A stretch of 64,000 nucleotides of DNA from the NCBI RefSeq assembly GCF_963921235.1, contig NC_086097.1, positions 210,616,001-210,680,000 on the forward strand, read 5' to 3'. Shown here piece after piece: positions 62,361-64,000 of the stretch. The stretch's first letter is position 1; each line of letters begins with the position of its first letter. Source of the DNA: Mobula hypostoma. Its lineage: Eukaryota. The position numbers and the translations under genes were made by a program. The notes under the pieces are model-generated. The model saw only the letters and a list, made by a program, of their open reading frames with translations, was not told the DNA's origin and made no database searches.

Positions 62361-62541
62361 CAAAGTTCAAAGTTCAAAGTAAATTTATTATTAAAGTACA
62401 TATACAATGCTGAGATTCATTTTCTTGTGGGCATAAACAATAAATCTATAATGGAATAATAACCATAATAGTATCAATGAAAGACGGCACCACCTTGGGT
62501 GTTGAACCAGGGTGTAAAAGACAATGTACTGTGTAAATACA

Positions 62542-63680
62542 TGAAACCCCTTTTTACTGGGCATCTCTGGAAATGTGGGTTGTTAGCCCCTTGCTAACAG
62601 CTACTGGACTCCATGGTGAAAAACTCACTTTTCACAGGCTTCGTATATCTGGGGTGTATACGACTTTGGTCCCATCAAATCCATGAAGTTGTGATGTCTA
62701 ACCCACCCAAATCCCAGTTTGTGTGACTTACCGCCGAAATAACAAATTGCACATTGCATACAATTATAAAGAAACTGTATTTATGAACGCTAACTTACCA
62801 AAGAGTTAGTAGAGCAGTTGAGCTACTAGGACTTGATGTTTCAATCCCTATGGTAAGTCAGCACTCTCGATGTTGGCAGTGGGTTTGCTGTGGTGACAAG
62901 GAGGGAGGGTAGGTACGTCATCGGGGTCATCAGGTGGGCACCCTCCTTCTTTGACATTTCGTTGATAAGCCCACGATGTCTCCAGAGGGCTCAATGGTGC
63001 TACCTGGCATCCCAGATACACCCCCCTCAGTTCCATACCCTCCTGTCTTCATCTTGCAGCCCAGTTGTTGTCTTTCCTTTTAATCCAAATCCAATTGCTG
63101 CTTTCTTCTGCTGCATTTGAAAAGGACTTGATTGCTTGTTGGAGGGAGTGACCCCTCACCCCCATATTCTTCAATAGACTGGTCGTAGATGTAACAACGA
63201 ATCCCCTCCATCCCACTTCTACAGGGAAAATCTTGGTCTTCCAGCCATTAAAGAAAGAAAAAAAAACAAAAAGGGCCCATTATAATAAACAGTCAAATGT
63301 GCACAGATTGGAGCTCAAATCTTCCAAAAACCATAGCCACCAATTCTCAGTAGACCTCCATGCCTTGGGCTCCATCGAATCATGCATTCCCACCAGATCG
63401 AACCCTATGGCCAGTTCTCTCCAGCTTCTTCTCTTCCTATCTCCCATTGAACAAAGACAAAGACCAACCTTAGTGCTGCTCTCAAAACCTTTCTCCTCAG
63501 CGTTCTCTAAAACCTTCTCCCAGTTCCACCATCCTAACTAGATGACACACATTCCTAAGCATCCTTCATCTTTAACTGTAACCCAAACAGGCTGAAAGCA
63601 GAACAGACTGCTCTTACAGAACTGCTAAAATGAAATACCTACAGCATAGTAGTAGTAAAAATGTGAAACAGGGGATTACA
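62542..63680. mobile_element. Solo LTR containing a HERO-like fragment
   Basis: Termini TGAAACCCC...GGGGATTACA. TSD TACA at 62538-62541 and 63681-63684. Distantly similar to 6276-6974. Confidence 0.8.
62838..63248 (-). mobile_element. HERO-like LINE 3' end
   Basis: Near-identical to 22942-23352. Confidence 0.9.
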
Positions 63681-64000
63681 TACAGAAAGAAAAATATAAT
63701 AAAGAAAAATATAATAATTATAGATATATAAGCAATAGATATAGAGAACAAGAGATGAAGAGTCTTTGAAAGTGAATCCATTGGTTATGGGAACATTTCA
63801 ATGATCATGCAAGTGAAGTTGAATCAAGTTATCCCCTTTGGTTCAAGAGTCTGAATGCTGAGGGATAATAAATGTTTCTGAACCTCTGGGCATGGGTTCC
63901 TGATGATGTATGCTACTTTCCTCTACATCACTTCATGTAGATGTGCTCATTGATGAGAAAGGTTTTACCCATGATGGACTGAACCATAACCAATAACTTG

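Larger units (their letters stand above)
62362..64000 (-). mobile_element. Rex1/Babar-type LINE 3' region (same family as 28026-29400), interrupted by an LTR
   Basis: AAAGTTCAAAGTTCAAAGT tail; 63740-64000 aligns with 28240-28530. Confidence 0.75.

Overview
Eukaryotic (vertebrate) non-genic DNA. The repeat set (CR1-dominated, V-domain tRNA SINEs, Penelope-derived tails) suggests a cartilaginous fish such as a ray; this is an inference. Most of the window is nested transposable-element debris: several CR1 LINEs (one with only two lesions in ORF2), a fragmented Tx1/L1-clade LINE, Rex1/Babar-type LINE pieces, Penelope-like elements with minimal hammerhead ribozyme motifs, HERO-like REL-endonuclease LINE ends, RTE-related elements, an ERV pol/env relic, solo LTRs with target-site duplications (TSDs), Tigger, mariner and Tc1 DNA transposon derivatives, and a Helitron helicase relic. 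I could not identify any host protein-coding exon, RNA gene or prokaryotic-type system. The most notable items are an in-phase U-UUA-AAC slippery heptamer joining CR1 ORF1 to ORF2 (candidate -1 ribosomal frameshift), hammerhead-bearing Penelope tails including a perfect 90-bp-arm palindrome, a four-TIR mariner MITE, a locally templated inverted 57-bp insertion, and an AP-1 site cluster in unique DNA. Family names come from motif recognition, not database searches, and boundaries without a TSD are approximate.
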